20,000 nt of DNA, taken from IMG/VR virus record IMGVR_UViG_3300031707_000002. One strand, 5' to 3'. The position numbers and the translations under genes were made by a program. Of this stretch, positions 1-8,218 are shown in pieces (the stretch's first letter is position 1; each line of letters begins with the position of its first letter). Below the pieces are notes generated by a model that did not search any database, had not been told where the DNA came from, and worked only from the letters and a program-made list of their open reading frames with translations. This stretch comes from an uncultured virus (IMG/VR IMGVR_UViG_3300031707_000002). Its lineage: Duplodnaviria > Heunggongvirae > Uroviricota > Caudoviricetes.

Positions 1-257
1 GATGAAATAATTGGATCTTCTTCCATCTGATCATAATCAGAATACCGAGATTCACGATCTTTTTCCAGTTTCGTAGCAGCAGAAAACAACTCCCAAACAC
101 GACCCTCATTCATCAAAACTTTTACAGTATTCGTTGCCTTATCATCAACAACATACACCTCATTTGACTGACCATTTTTTGCATCAGCCTGAAGAGCCTC
201 AAGAACAATATTCTCGTTGACTCTTAACCCACCCTTTTCAAACAGACGAACAGACAT
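1..257 (-). CDS. Portal protein, N-terminal part (runs off the window)
   Basis: Manual translation from ATG 257: MSVRLFEKGG...KDRESRYSDYDQMEEDPIIS. The RYxDYxxMxxDPIIS pattern is typical of gp20-like portals of large phages; lies just downstream of terL. Confidence 0.7.
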   Translation of the reverse strand, partial: MSVRLFEKGGLRVNENIVLEALQADAKNGQSNEVYVVDDKATNTVKVLMNEGRVWELFSAATKLEKDRESRYSDYDQMEEDPIIS

Positions 258-302
258 AGAATTCCCTTTTTGTTAATTAACACTTACAAGAGACAACCAC
301 TG

Positions 303-536
303 TCACAGAGGACTAAGATTCACACTCAACTGAGTATCAAGATAATTCAACAGCTTTAACATGTTATCCTTATTTGAAAACACAAAAGTATTCGCTATAC
401 CACTAACACTAACGATCTTTAGACTAAGCCCGTCCAAGACCTTGTAATCATCAATCCCGTCTATGTCAAATCTGACTCCTGCTGTAATATCTTGAGCACT
501 TTGATTATCTGTAACAATCCTTACATAACGTGACAT
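303..536 (-). CDS. Hypothetical protein between terminase and portal
   Basis: 77-aa ORF, GAGGAG RBS, tightly packed. Confidence 0.7.
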   Translation of the reverse strand: MSRYVRIVTDNQSAQDITAGVRFDIDGIDDYKVLDGLSLKIVSVSGIANTFVFSNKDNMLKLLNYLDTQLSVNLSPL

Positions 537-546
537 AAAAACTCCT

Positions 547-3072
547 CTATATAGAAGAAAACAAACCGTGGTCTATCCCACCATAATCACCCGACTCTAA
601 AACCTTCACCAACTTCAACTCTTTCCCTGTCTTTGGATCAATCCTCTTAGGCATAACCCAACTATCATCAGACTGAGCTTCCTGTCTCAACCCAAGTGTA
701 AACACTATATCCCCAACAACCTCAGCATTAGTACGGCCAGCAAAATAAGAAGGATCAGCTTCAACAGCGTTCGCACAAGCGGCAACAAGAGCATCACTAC
801 AACCCTTGTCCCCTCTTGTACCATCATCATTTACATCAGGGTGATCTACCTTCTTAGATTCTACGAAATGATTAAGGTTAAAAAACTCCCGCTCCAAAAT
901 GGAGTAGTTGTACATAATAAGTCTATCTTCATAGATCAAATCCACTACTTGAAGATAAGCAGAGTCATCCTTATCAACAGACCTTCTCGCAGCATTAAAA
1001 GAGTTTGCTGTAAATATCTGAATTGTATCTTCTGATTGGTACTGATCTAACGAAATCTTCCCAAACCTCATACCCATCTGCCGAAGTTCAAAGATAAACT
1101 TACGGATTTTAGTGAATGAAATCCTATCAGGACTCTTGGGGGCCATCACAGACAAAACAATATCAGTCTCCAATTTTGGTATTCTCAACATCGTATTCGG
1201 GTCTTCGATCATCTCCGCTATGTGAACAATAGCAAGACCCAAAGTATCATGTGTTGTTGCATAGTCAAGGTGAACATACCTCAATGCTTCATGGTGACGT
1301 ATTAGCCCCTTGTAACTCGCCTTCCCACTCTCAATCACTTTGTTAAACATCAATTCTGGTAGAAAATAATCTATAAGATGCTGTGTTGTTTTCAGGGATA
1401 TTGTAAAAGTCTCTTTTGTAAAAGGATGTCTTATCTCTGAAGAAATACACTTCTGCCAAGCATACTTCGAGGAAAACAACTTACCAGACGGTGATATAGA
1501 CACACCAGCAATATTCCTCAAAGCTCCATACACATCATCTATAAAGTTTTGCTTAAAGTCCATCGGAACTGCTACGAAATTATCTATAAACTTAGCTGGT
1601 AACTTTACCATAACATCAGACACAGCTTTATCCGTGTCCACACTCTTACCATCTGCAATCATCTTATCCCTAATATCAATAATCTTGGCTCTTATAGCAT
1701 CAGAACTCATAGGAATAAGACCATTTACAGACGTAACAATAAAAGCATCTTCATTTTCAGAACCCTGAAATACAAAGAACCTATCATTAGAGTAGTTCCC
1801 CGGCTTAACATCCCAAAGAGTCGTAATAAAAATCGTCGCTGAGTTGTACTGTCTGGCTTGCCTAATTCGAGAAGAAACAAATGAAGACTGAATTGAAGCA
1901 GACGAAATAATAGCAGAAAATCCAGGGTCATAACCCTTCATCATAAACCGAGACATACGACGGTCTGTAACTTCCCTGTAAATCTTAGCCGCCTTTGCAG
2001 CATCACCAACTGAGGCACCTGAACCACCCCTACGGTAGAAGTCAGCCTCATCCATAATACACCCAAACAAGTTCGTTGATATAACAGAGAGATTATCAGA
2101 ACCCGGAAGGATTGCTATACGTTGAGGAAATTTGAGGATGGACTTGTATGTTCGGTCACGCGGGAACTCTTTTCGGAAGTACGGTATTGAATCCACCATC
2201 GACCTAAACTGCCCAAACCCAACTCTCTCCGCATGTGTCATGTTAATTGACAAATATGCAAACACTATGTCCGTCATGTCAGACAAACCAAACAATCTCT
2301 GAGGATAGTCATAACAAGACAATTCATAAAGTTTTCTAAGCCAACACACGAAAGCGAAGGTAGTCTTACCTGCACCTATTGAATTATGAACAAAAACACC
2401 AGAGGAAAGAGCAAAGTTATGGTATTTCTCTACCTCAAAATCATACACATCCTCTTTTTCCTCCAACTTTCTAACCACCACTACTCTTACAGGACAGGTT
2501 AAAAAACTCATCAAACCATCACCCGCCAAAAGCTCTTCCGCACTTCTATAAGAACCATCATCCAACATCCACAAATGATCAGGAGTACATCGTTCTTTAC
2601 CTCCATTACTAAGAACTACCTCTACAATATCTTTTTGCAAACCTGTTTTTCTACATCTACTTGCAACACCAATGCCATAATGACCATCCAAAGAACAAGA
2701 TACTACATCAAAAACATGACCAGATTCAGCTAACTCTTTTATTGTTCTATCCCGAAGGTCATATAACCGTATCTTAGTAGAACCAACAAAACATCCAGTA
2801 ATTATAGTTTCAGGTTTTTTAGAGTCTATATAAGTTGGTAATGCTTCCTTCCAGTACGGATACAAGTCTTTCGCAAGTGATCCCAAATAATATGTGTAAT
2901 TTACCCACTTATTAACAGGTACAATCTCTTTTACCTGAGTAGCTTTTAATACACCAGTCTCTTCAGAGATTGCACGACCCAACAAGCTCTCAATAGCGGA
3001 AAATTGAGAATCACCTATACCCTCAAAGAACTTTAGGGTTTCAGGAGAGATTTTTTCTGGGATCTCTGACAT
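547..3072 (-). CDS. terL: Terminase large subunit, intein-containing
   Basis: Walker A G|SIGAGKT restored after intein removal; Walker B GCIMDEAD; RNase H-like nuclease motifs YVHLDYA and KVDHP...DKGCSDA; next to portal. Confidence 0.93.
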   Translation of the reverse strand: MSEIPEKISPETLKFFEGIGDSQFSAIESLLGRAISEETGVLKATQVKEIVPVNKWVNYTYYLGSLAKDLYPYWKEALPTYIDSKKPETIITGCFVGSTKIRLYDLRDRTIKELAESGHVFDVVSCSLDGHYGIGVASRCRKTGLQKDIVEVVLSNGGKERCTPDHLWMLDDGSYRSAEELLAGDGLMSFLTCPVRVVVVRKLEEKEDVYDFEVEKYHNFALSSGVFVHNSIGAGKTTFAFVCWLRKLYELSCYDYPQRLFGLSDMTDIVFAYLSINMTHAERVGFGQFRSMVDSIPYFRKEFPRDRTYKSILKFPQRIAILPGSDNLSVISTNLFGCIMDEADFYRRGGSGASVGDAAKAAKIYREVTDRRMSRFMMKGYDPGFSAIISSASIQSSFVSSRIRQARQYNSATIFITTLWDVKPGNYSNDRFFVFQGSENEDAFIVTSVNGLIPMSSDAIRAKIIDIRDKMIADGKSVDTDKAVSDVMVKLPAKFIDNFVAVPMDFKQNFIDDVYGALRNIAGVSISPSGKLFSSKYAWQKCISSEIRHPFTKETFTISLKTTQHLIDYFLPELMFNKVIESGKASYKGLIRHHEALRYVHLDYATTHDTLGLAIVHIAEMIEDPNTMLRIPKLETDIVLSVMAPKSPDRISFTKIRKFIFELRQMGMRFGKISLDQYQSEDTIQIFTANSFNAARRSVDKDDSAYLQVVDLIYEDRLIMYNYSILEREFFNLNHFVESKKVDHPDVNDDGTRGDKGCSDALVAACANAVEADPSYFAGRTNAEVVGDIVFTLGLRQEAQSDDSWVMPKRIDPKTGKELKLVKVLESGDYGGIDHGLFSSI
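2383..2793 (-). mobile_element. Mini-intein (137 aa, C94-N230) in terL, no homing endonuclease
   Basis: Block A CFVGSTKI, block B CTPDHLW, block F VYDFEV..HNF, block G GVFVHN followed by +1 Ser. Confidence 0.95.
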
Positions 3073-3700
3073 CTTTGTAGTTCTCTACTGCGTCAAGAAA
3101 CTTGTTTATATCTGTCTGAAGCATCAACGGAAGAAACTTTTTGATTTTCTTCTCCGACCAATCCCACCACTTAACCTGAAGAAGCCTCTCAATAATCTTC
3201 TCATCAAACCGCATCCGAATTACCTTTGCAGGATTACCACCCACAATTGCATACGATGGAACATCTTTGGTAACAACTGAGTTTGCTCCTACAGCCGCAC
3301 CATCACCTACTGTAACACCGGGAAGTATAGTCACCGAGTCACATATCCAGACATCATTTCCGATAACCACCGGACCCTTCACCCGACCGTGCCCACTAAC
3401 CCCTTCTGCCGCATCCCAAAGAACAGGGAAAGGGTAGGTAGTCACCCAATCAGTTCTATGATCTCCACCAATCATCACAGTTAAACAATCAGAAATAGAA
3501 CAAAAAGAACCTATGGTCAAGCTACCGCCGTACTCCAGCCTACCCAAGATACTCGTGCGTCCAATATATGTGTGTCTCCCCACAGAAACCCAAGGACACC
3601 GTTGTTTGAAAACATCTGTAAAAAGCACAGCATCACGACGGCACTCTATGTTGAACTTCTGCCGATCCTTCTTGTCCATTCTATCAATCTCAATAGACAT
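3041..3700 (-). CDS. CatB/Vat-like hexapeptide-repeat O-acetyltransferase
   Basis: IGSFCSI...GGDHRTDWVTTYPF...IGNDVWI...GVTVGDGAAVGANSVVTKDVP.YAIVGGNPAKVIR.RF...WWDW. Confidence 0.9.
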   Translation of the reverse strand: MSIEIDRMDKKDRQKFNIECRRDAVLFTDVFKQRCPWVSVGRHTYIGRTSILGRLEYGGSLTIGSFCSISDCLTVMIGGDHRTDWVTTYPFPVLWDAAEGVSGHGRVKGPVVIGNDVWICDSVTILPGVTVGDGAAVGANSVVTKDVPSYAIVGGNPAKVIRMRFDEKIIERLLQVKWWDWSEKKIKKFLPLMLQTDINKFLDAVENYKDVRDPRKNLS

Positions 3701-3705
3701 CACCT

Positions 3706-3888
3706 TTACCTCTTAATTCCGCGCAGCTTATCCACCAGTGCCAGCATCTCCTCACTCGGCCTCTGTACCTCTCCTACCTGCACATCCTCAACTAGAGGCT
3801 TCCTACGAGGCTTATCCCCGCAACACCCTACTGGCCCCTGCTTCGCAAACCCACCCCCATGAGTCCTCAAAGGATTGTCTCTGTTCAT
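3706..3888 (-). CDS. Hypothetical protein
   Basis: 60-aa ORF with AGGAG RBS, fills the gap. Confidence 0.6.
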   Translation of the reverse strand: MNRDNPLRTHGGGFAKQGPVGCCGDKPRRKPLVEDVQVGEVQRPSEEMLALVDKLRGIKR

Positions 3889-3916
3889 ACTACTAACTCC
3901 TTGTTTTCCCTCACAA

Positions 3917-4219
3917 TTACATCACCTCATCAGTATCTCTCTGCACGTCTTCTACCTTTTCATAAGTAGCTAAAAATATGTCATTTCGGCAAGGATAAAA
4001 TTCTCCTTTTACATCACGAATAATGTAATCACCAATATTAGCTACAAAAACACCTTCAAGTGTAGTTATTTTGAATTGACCGTCTGTTGGATCAATACCA
4101 TAACCGCAATCCAAAAAACTTCCCTTATTCGTTATACCAAGAAACTCGTATAACTCATCAAGACTATATTGTGTTAGCTGAACCGCCTCAATAATAACTG
4201 GCTTTTTTCGATACTTCAT
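3917..4219 (-). CDS. Conserved phage hypothetical protein (KYRKKPVxIEA / GDYII family)
   Basis: MKYRKKPVIIEAVQ...ITTLEG...GDYIIRDVKGEFYPC..DIF..TYE. Confidence 0.85.
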   Translation of the reverse strand: MKYRKKPVIIEAVQLTQYSLDELYEFLGITNKGSFLDCGYGIDPTDGQFKITTLEGVFVANIGDYIIRDVKGEFYPCRNDIFLATYEKVEDVQRDTDEVM

Positions 4220-4244
4220 TTACATTTTTACCTTTCTTGGTTTC

Positions 4245-4302
4245 AGTTTACTAACTCTTCGGTTTTCAGGATCAATGCTGTAAACCACTCGACCAACTCT
4301 CC
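4245..4302 (-). pseudogene. Truncated, degenerate tRNA-Ser(TGA)
   Basis: GGAGAGTTGGTCGAGTGGTTTA 5' end, loop CC-TGA-AA, mismatched anticodon stem, variable arm AGTT/AACT; no T-arm or 3' acceptor strand. Confidence 0.7.
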
Positions 4303-4309
4303 AAGTAAA

Positions 4310-4397
4310 TACGGGGGATGGGACTCGAACCCACAGGCTCCCTTTCGGGAAAAGCGAATTTTAAGTTCGCCGTCTATGCCAATTCGACTACCCCCGC
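4310..4397 (-). tRNA. tRNA-Leu(TAA)
   Basis: Acceptor GCGGGGG/CCCCCGT, anticodon arm GCGAA-CTTAAAA-TTCGC, long variable arm, GTGGG-TTCGAGT-CCCAT; discriminator A, no encoded CCA. Confidence 0.95.
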
Positions 4398-4402
4398 AAA
4401 AA

Positions 4403-4482
4403 TACGGGTGAAGGGACTCGAACCCCCACGCTTTCGCATCAGATTTTGAATCTGAGATGTCTACCAATTCCATCACACCCGC
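4403..4482 (-). tRNA. tRNA-Leu(CAA)
   Basis: Acceptor GCGGGTG/CACCCGT, anticodon arm TCAGA-TTCAAAA-TCTGA, variable arm GC-GAAA-GC, TTCGAGT T-loop; no encoded CCA. Confidence 0.93.
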
Positions 4483-4487
4483 AAGTA

Positions 4488-4883
4488 TTACTCATAAACT
4501 CTCTTTTTTCCCACCCACGGAATCCCACCCGCCTTTACAAACTTCTTAGTAGACACCTCAGAGTCAAGTGTTTCCCTGACTCTTGGAACCCAAGCCTCGC
4601 CAGACCGCAACTTCATATCCCCGTCTGTCCAACGGATCATAGGAACTTTTCTAACCGGATGCAATTGCTTCTCATCCATCTCCCCACAACGTATCAACCT
4701 ACCATGCCTGTCATACACCCGAAAACAAAGGTCTTTTTGTGCAGAACTCCATTTGAAAATCTTTGCCCTCGCCACACACTCTTCACATCCCCGCTCAGAT
4801 GCCGAACGGTAGATTGTAGTCCAAACACCACTCCTATCCAAAACATCAAGAGACCACCTCCTTCTCAGTTTTTTGACATACAT
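4488..4883 (-). CDS. Hypothetical basic protein
   Basis: 131-aa ORF, co-oriented, ends just before the tRNAs. Confidence 0.65.
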   Translation of the reverse strand: MYVKKLRRRWSLDVLDRSGVWTTIYRSASERGCEECVARAKIFKWSSAQKDLCFRVYDRHGRLIRCGEMDEKQLHPVRKVPMIRWTDGDMKLRSGEAWVPRVRETLDSEVSTKKFVKAGGIPWVGKKRVYE

Positions 4884-5055
4884 AAGAGCACTCCGGTAAT
4901 CTTACCAATTTAGGGTAGTATGTTCCGTGACTTACAGGCTTACCATATTTCAAACAAATATGAAGACTCTTGTTCTTTGGAAACCTCTCTCTGCCACTCT
5001 CTTCAGGTGACACATAACCACAAAACTCGTCACAAAAACACGCAGTCGATGTCAT
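4846..5055 (-). CDS. Small Cys-rich hypothetical protein
   Basis: ATGA overlap with lipase stop; CDEFCGY...ICLKY...RLPEC. Confidence 0.65.
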   Translation of the reverse strand: MTSTACFCDEFCGYVSPEESGRERFPKNKSLHICLKYGKPVSHGTYYPKLVRLPECSYVCQKTEKEVVS

Positions 5056-5888
5056 ACCGTCACCCGACTTCTCACAATCCCCATAAAATGCACACCCTCA
5101 CCATCCTTGATTGACTTACAATACTTTATCCAAGCATCAGTTGTTGTACTGTAAAAATGATCCTTAATCTTGTTAAACATAATATGAAAAAAAGGCTCCT
5201 CAAGTTTCATAGGCTTGCCAGCATGTTGAAACCCTGCAAACTCTGGTGGAAGATACTGTGTAAACTCATACCCATGATGAATATTGATGTAGTTTATGGG
5301 AAGACCGTCTACTTCATCACAAAATTCCTTAGTACCAACACGAGGAGCACCATGAGCTACACAAACACAAGGAAGTCCCAGATTCTTAGCCTTATCCCTT
5401 GCTGACAAAATAGTAAGTGCTCCACCCCGCGAATGTCCAGTATCGAGAATTGGAGGAAGATTATTTTCTCTCCAAATCTCCCCAAGACGTGTCTTCTTGT
5501 CTGCCATCATGTGCGTCTTATCATAAGCATATTTTTGAAGATACTCTTGAAAGGTCTGCTTATAGTACAGCCAAGACTTGTAAAAATCACAGTGAATATA
5601 GCCAGCCTTCGTACTACCATCACCAACATACACCAAATATTTCTCTGGACTTGGATCTTGTAGAGGGAACGCATCAAAATCACCTATCCACGCAGCAAGA
5701 TCCTTTGTTCCTCGAAAAGAGAAAACTATCTTATCTGGAAACTCCGCTATGTATGCAAAATCTTTATCATTCTCCAACGCCGTGTAGATTGAATTTTCAA
5801 ATTCTGGAAACTTGTCAATAGGAGGACGCTCGTGCATCCCATGACTTGCTGCCTCTGCATACATCCACGACTTTGCAAAACTATCCAT
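5052..5888 (-). CDS. Class 3 lipase / alpha-beta hydrolase
   Basis: FSFRGT, IHCDFY, nucleophile elbow TGHSRGGAL, HGAPRVG, C-terminal DH; AGGAGG RBS. Confidence 0.88.
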   Translation of the reverse strand: MDSFAKSWMYAEAASHGMHERPPIDKFPEFENSIYTALENDKDFAYIAEFPDKIVFSFRGTKDLAAWIGDFDAFPLQDPSPEKYLVYVGDGSTKAGYIHCDFYKSWLYYKQTFQEYLQKYAYDKTHMMADKKTRLGEIWRENNLPPILDTGHSRGGALTILSARDKAKNLGLPCVCVAHGAPRVGTKEFCDEVDGLPINYINIHHGYEFTQYLPPEFAGFQHAGKPMKLEEPFFHIMFNKIKDHFYSTTTDAWIKYCKSIKDGEGVHFMGIVRSRVTV

Positions 5889-5899
5889 AAATCCTCCTG

Positions 5900-6556
5900 T
5901 TACCTTTTGACAAGTCCAAGAAACTTCTCTAACAACTCCTTCTTGGCTTCTCCTTGTATCCCGTAAGGATGAATTATGAAAGCATTATCCAAAACATCAC
6001 CATCATAATCCCTTGAATGTTTATTAAAAATATCGTTCTTCCACACACAAACATGACTCTTATTTTCTTCTTGATTACAAAAAAAGTCTATGGCTCTCTG
6101 CTCACAGCCATCATGTAAGTAAGAACAACCCGGACATCTTAACTTACATGGATCAGAATAACCAACCTTCCCATAAACATCCCTCAAAAAAGACTCTGAC
6201 CAAGAACAACTCTTTACAAAGAAAACCCCTGCATTAACACTGCCATTATCAGCCCTTACTCTACTATCACGATCTCTTGTAATAACAAAATCATTTTCAA
6301 AAAACTGCTCCAACCTCATACCCATATCAACAATCACCGCATCAGCGTCAATCCACACTATACCATCGTATATTGGGGTATAAGTTTGTATAAGTCGTAT
6401 TTTACTCCAAACCAAAGGTCTATCGGTAACTACACTACTACCGACAGATATTAGTTTATATTTATTCCTTTCACAATACTCAAACTTATTCCCAAGAGTC
6501 TGCAATGCGTAATCACTAATCTCATGTGTATGCATCGTCAAAACAGCAATTTTCAT
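5900..6556 (-). CDS. GT34-like (GMA12/MNN10) glycosyltransferase
   Basis: WSKIRLI, VWIDADA (DxD), VNAGVFFVK, EQRAI, FIIH. Confidence 0.82.
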   Translation of the reverse strand: MKIAVLTMHTHEISDYALQTLGNKFEYCERNKYKLISVGSSVVTDRPLVWSKIRLIQTYTPIYDGIVWIDADAVIVDMGMRLEQFFENDFVITRDRDSRVRADNGSVNAGVFFVKSCSWSESFLRDVYGKVGYSDPCKLRCPGCSYLHDGCEQRAIDFFCNQEENKSHVCVWKNDIFNKHSRDYDGDVLDNAFIIHPYGIQGEAKKELLEKFLGLVKR

Positions 6557-7134
6557 CGTATGTACGGAATCCTGTGGTAAGGTGCGGGTATTCTTTCCGG
6601 TCCTATCAAAGAATATCTTCGTAGGTTCGACAAATGGTAATGATACAACAGCACTTTATCACAAGGGTTCTTTACAGTATACCCGACCTTTACAAACTCA
6701 TAAGCAAGTCTTAGATCACACCCAAATATCCCTTGAGTAAAGTCACAAAACAAATTCTTCTCATCCTTCAAAAAATTCCCTCTGAAAATCCAACAATCCT
6801 GCCTGTCCGTCATAATATCACCAGCAATAAACGGAACAACACTCAAAACATCCCTTCTCGAAACACACCAAACCTCATCATAAGTGATGTTAAAAATGTA
6901 AGGCAAAGAACTGTGTTCAAGCCAGCAATCTGAATTTATTATTACATTTATATCGTTTGGGAGAGAAACCTCTTTTATCAAGTCAAAATACTCCCTAAAA
7001 GTAGGTCTTCCGTCTATCAACTGTATTGAAGCAATATCTGGAAGACCAACCTGAGTTTGTTGGTAAGAATAAACCAACTCTGCGTCACGAACAGGGTCAG
7101 GATCAACATACAGGTTGTAAAAAATATTGATCAT
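6553..7134 (-). CDS. Glycosyltransferase-like (GT-A fold) protein
   Basis: Likely start is ATG 7134 (ATGA overlap), not 7224; GRPTF, IINSD, QDCWIF, GCD.RLAY, HYH.S motifs. Confidence 0.6.
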   Translation of the reverse strand: MINIFYNLYVDPDPVRDAELVYSYQQTQVGLPDIASIQLIDGRPTFREYFDLIKEVSLPNDINVIINSDCWLEHSSLPYIFNITYDEVWCVSRRDVLSVVPFIAGDIMTDRQDCWIFRGNFLKDEKNLFCDFTQGIFGCDLRLAYEFVKVGYTVKNPCDKVLLYHYHLSNLRRYSLIGPERIPAPYHRIPYIR

Positions 7135-7355
7135 GTATGGAAATCTATGGTTGATGGAATAGACATCCAATGCGTGACCTTCCATGAAGAATCGTCTTCG
7201 CGGTCCCCGCACCAATCCGACCACCCAACCTCTTTTTGATACTTGACCTGAAAAACAACCTTCTGTCGGTGTTCTGGAAGTCCAACCTCACATAATCCAA
7301 GTACCCACACATTATCATCTGGCAACCAACCCTCTACCTTTATCCACGTATGCAT
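7131..7355 (-). CDS. DUF551-like phage protein
   Basis: WIKVEGWLP...VTHWMSIP. Confidence 0.75.
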   Translation of the reverse strand: MHTWIKVEGWLPDDNVWVLGLCEVGLPEHRQKVVFQVKYQKEVGWSDWCGDREDDSSWKVTHWMSIPSTIDFHT

Positions 7356-7359
7356 AATC

Positions 7360-7626
7360 TTACTTCCTACCTCTCTTGCTTTTATGAAACTTCAAAGTCG
7401 AAGAAGCATCTTTACTACTTAAAGCATACTCAGGTGGAACTTCGTTGTCGTGAAATGACCTTACAACAAATGTATAATGATTCTCTGGATCTTTAGGAAC
7501 CCTGTACTTAAACCCTACAAGAGCCACATCACACTTCTTATCCTTTGGGTCTGAAATATCCGGGGTAAGTAAGAAAGATCCCCAATGATCAATCAAATCT
7601 TCAGCAACGTCAACGATAATCCTCAA
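7360..7626 (-). CDS. Hypothetical protein
   Basis: TTG start with AGGAGGTG RBS. Confidence 0.7.
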   Translation of the reverse strand: MRIIVDVAEDLIDHWGSFLLTPDISDPKDKKCDVALVGFKYRVPKDPENHYTFVVRSFHDNEVPPEYALSSKDASSTLKFHKSKRGRK

Positions 7627-7644
7627 TAGACACCTCCTGTAATT

Positions 7645-7745
7645 AAAAAAGCCCGTAGGATAACTGGAAGGAAAAACGAGTCCCCACTAAACTCGTACCA
7701 GAACCTTACGGCAACCGGCTTCCAGTAGATCAAACCCTACGGGCT
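7645..7745 (-). ncRNA. Candidate structured RNA (three-way junction followed by a U-tract)
   Basis: Nested stems 7650-59/7736-45, 7663-70/7719-26, 7676-81/7691-96, 7698-7701/7715-18; GNRA loop and G-U pairs only on the minus strand. Confidence 0.65.
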
Positions 7746-7748
7746 ACA

Positions 7749-8203
7749 CTACTTTCTTTTTTCAGTTTTCGTAGAACAACAACTCTTAGTTCCATCAGGG
7801 AACTCGTAAGTAAGCGTTCTTTCTAACAAATCTACCTTTAACTTCTCCCCTGTCAAATTAAAGTACATTGTCATAAGTCTTATCATGTGTAAACTCAACT
7901 CCCTTACCAAGTCACTATCCGTCGTAAGCTCAACTCCCTTACCAAGTCACTATCCGTCGTAAGATCCGAATTGATAATCTGCGTCAAAGAAACTACATCC
8001 CCGACAATTTTCTCTTGTTGCTCTCTCTGATCCCGCTGATTAACGGGTGAAGGCCGCACAAGATTTACCGTATTCAAAAAAGAAGACAATTCCACATCAC
8101 TTACTTTCTTCTCTATAACTTCCTGTCCCTTATCTCTGTTCTTCCATGAAAAAACAAGCCAACGTGCAACATCAACTATACAATCAGACAAACTTATTCT
8201 CAT
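7749..8203 (-). pseudogene. Hypothetical gene frameshifted by a 35-bp tandem duplication
   Basis: ATG 8203 with GGAGGAG RBS; removing one repeat copy gives a continuous 139-aa ORF ending at TAG 7749. Confidence 0.7.
7894..7963. repeat. Perfect 35-bp tandem duplication
   Basis: ctcaactcccttaccaagtcactatccgtcgtaag x2. Confidence 0.98.
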
Positions 8204-8218
8204 ACTCTCCTCCAATCA

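Noticed and set aside
3041..3700. Chloramphenicol or streptogramin resistance gene (catB/vat)
   Set aside because: Motifs define only the wider hexapeptide acetyltransferase family; the glycosyltransferase context favours sugar acetylation and resistance cannot be inferred.
4243..4476. 77-aa ORF
   Set aside because: Lies entirely over the tRNA genes; shadow ORF.
7135..7224. Upstream start (7224) for the GT-like gene; likewise extended starts at 12758, 12021 and 13761
   Set aside because: They overlap upstream genes or recombination sites; RBS or ATGA coupling supports starts at 7134, 12554, 11988 and 13710.
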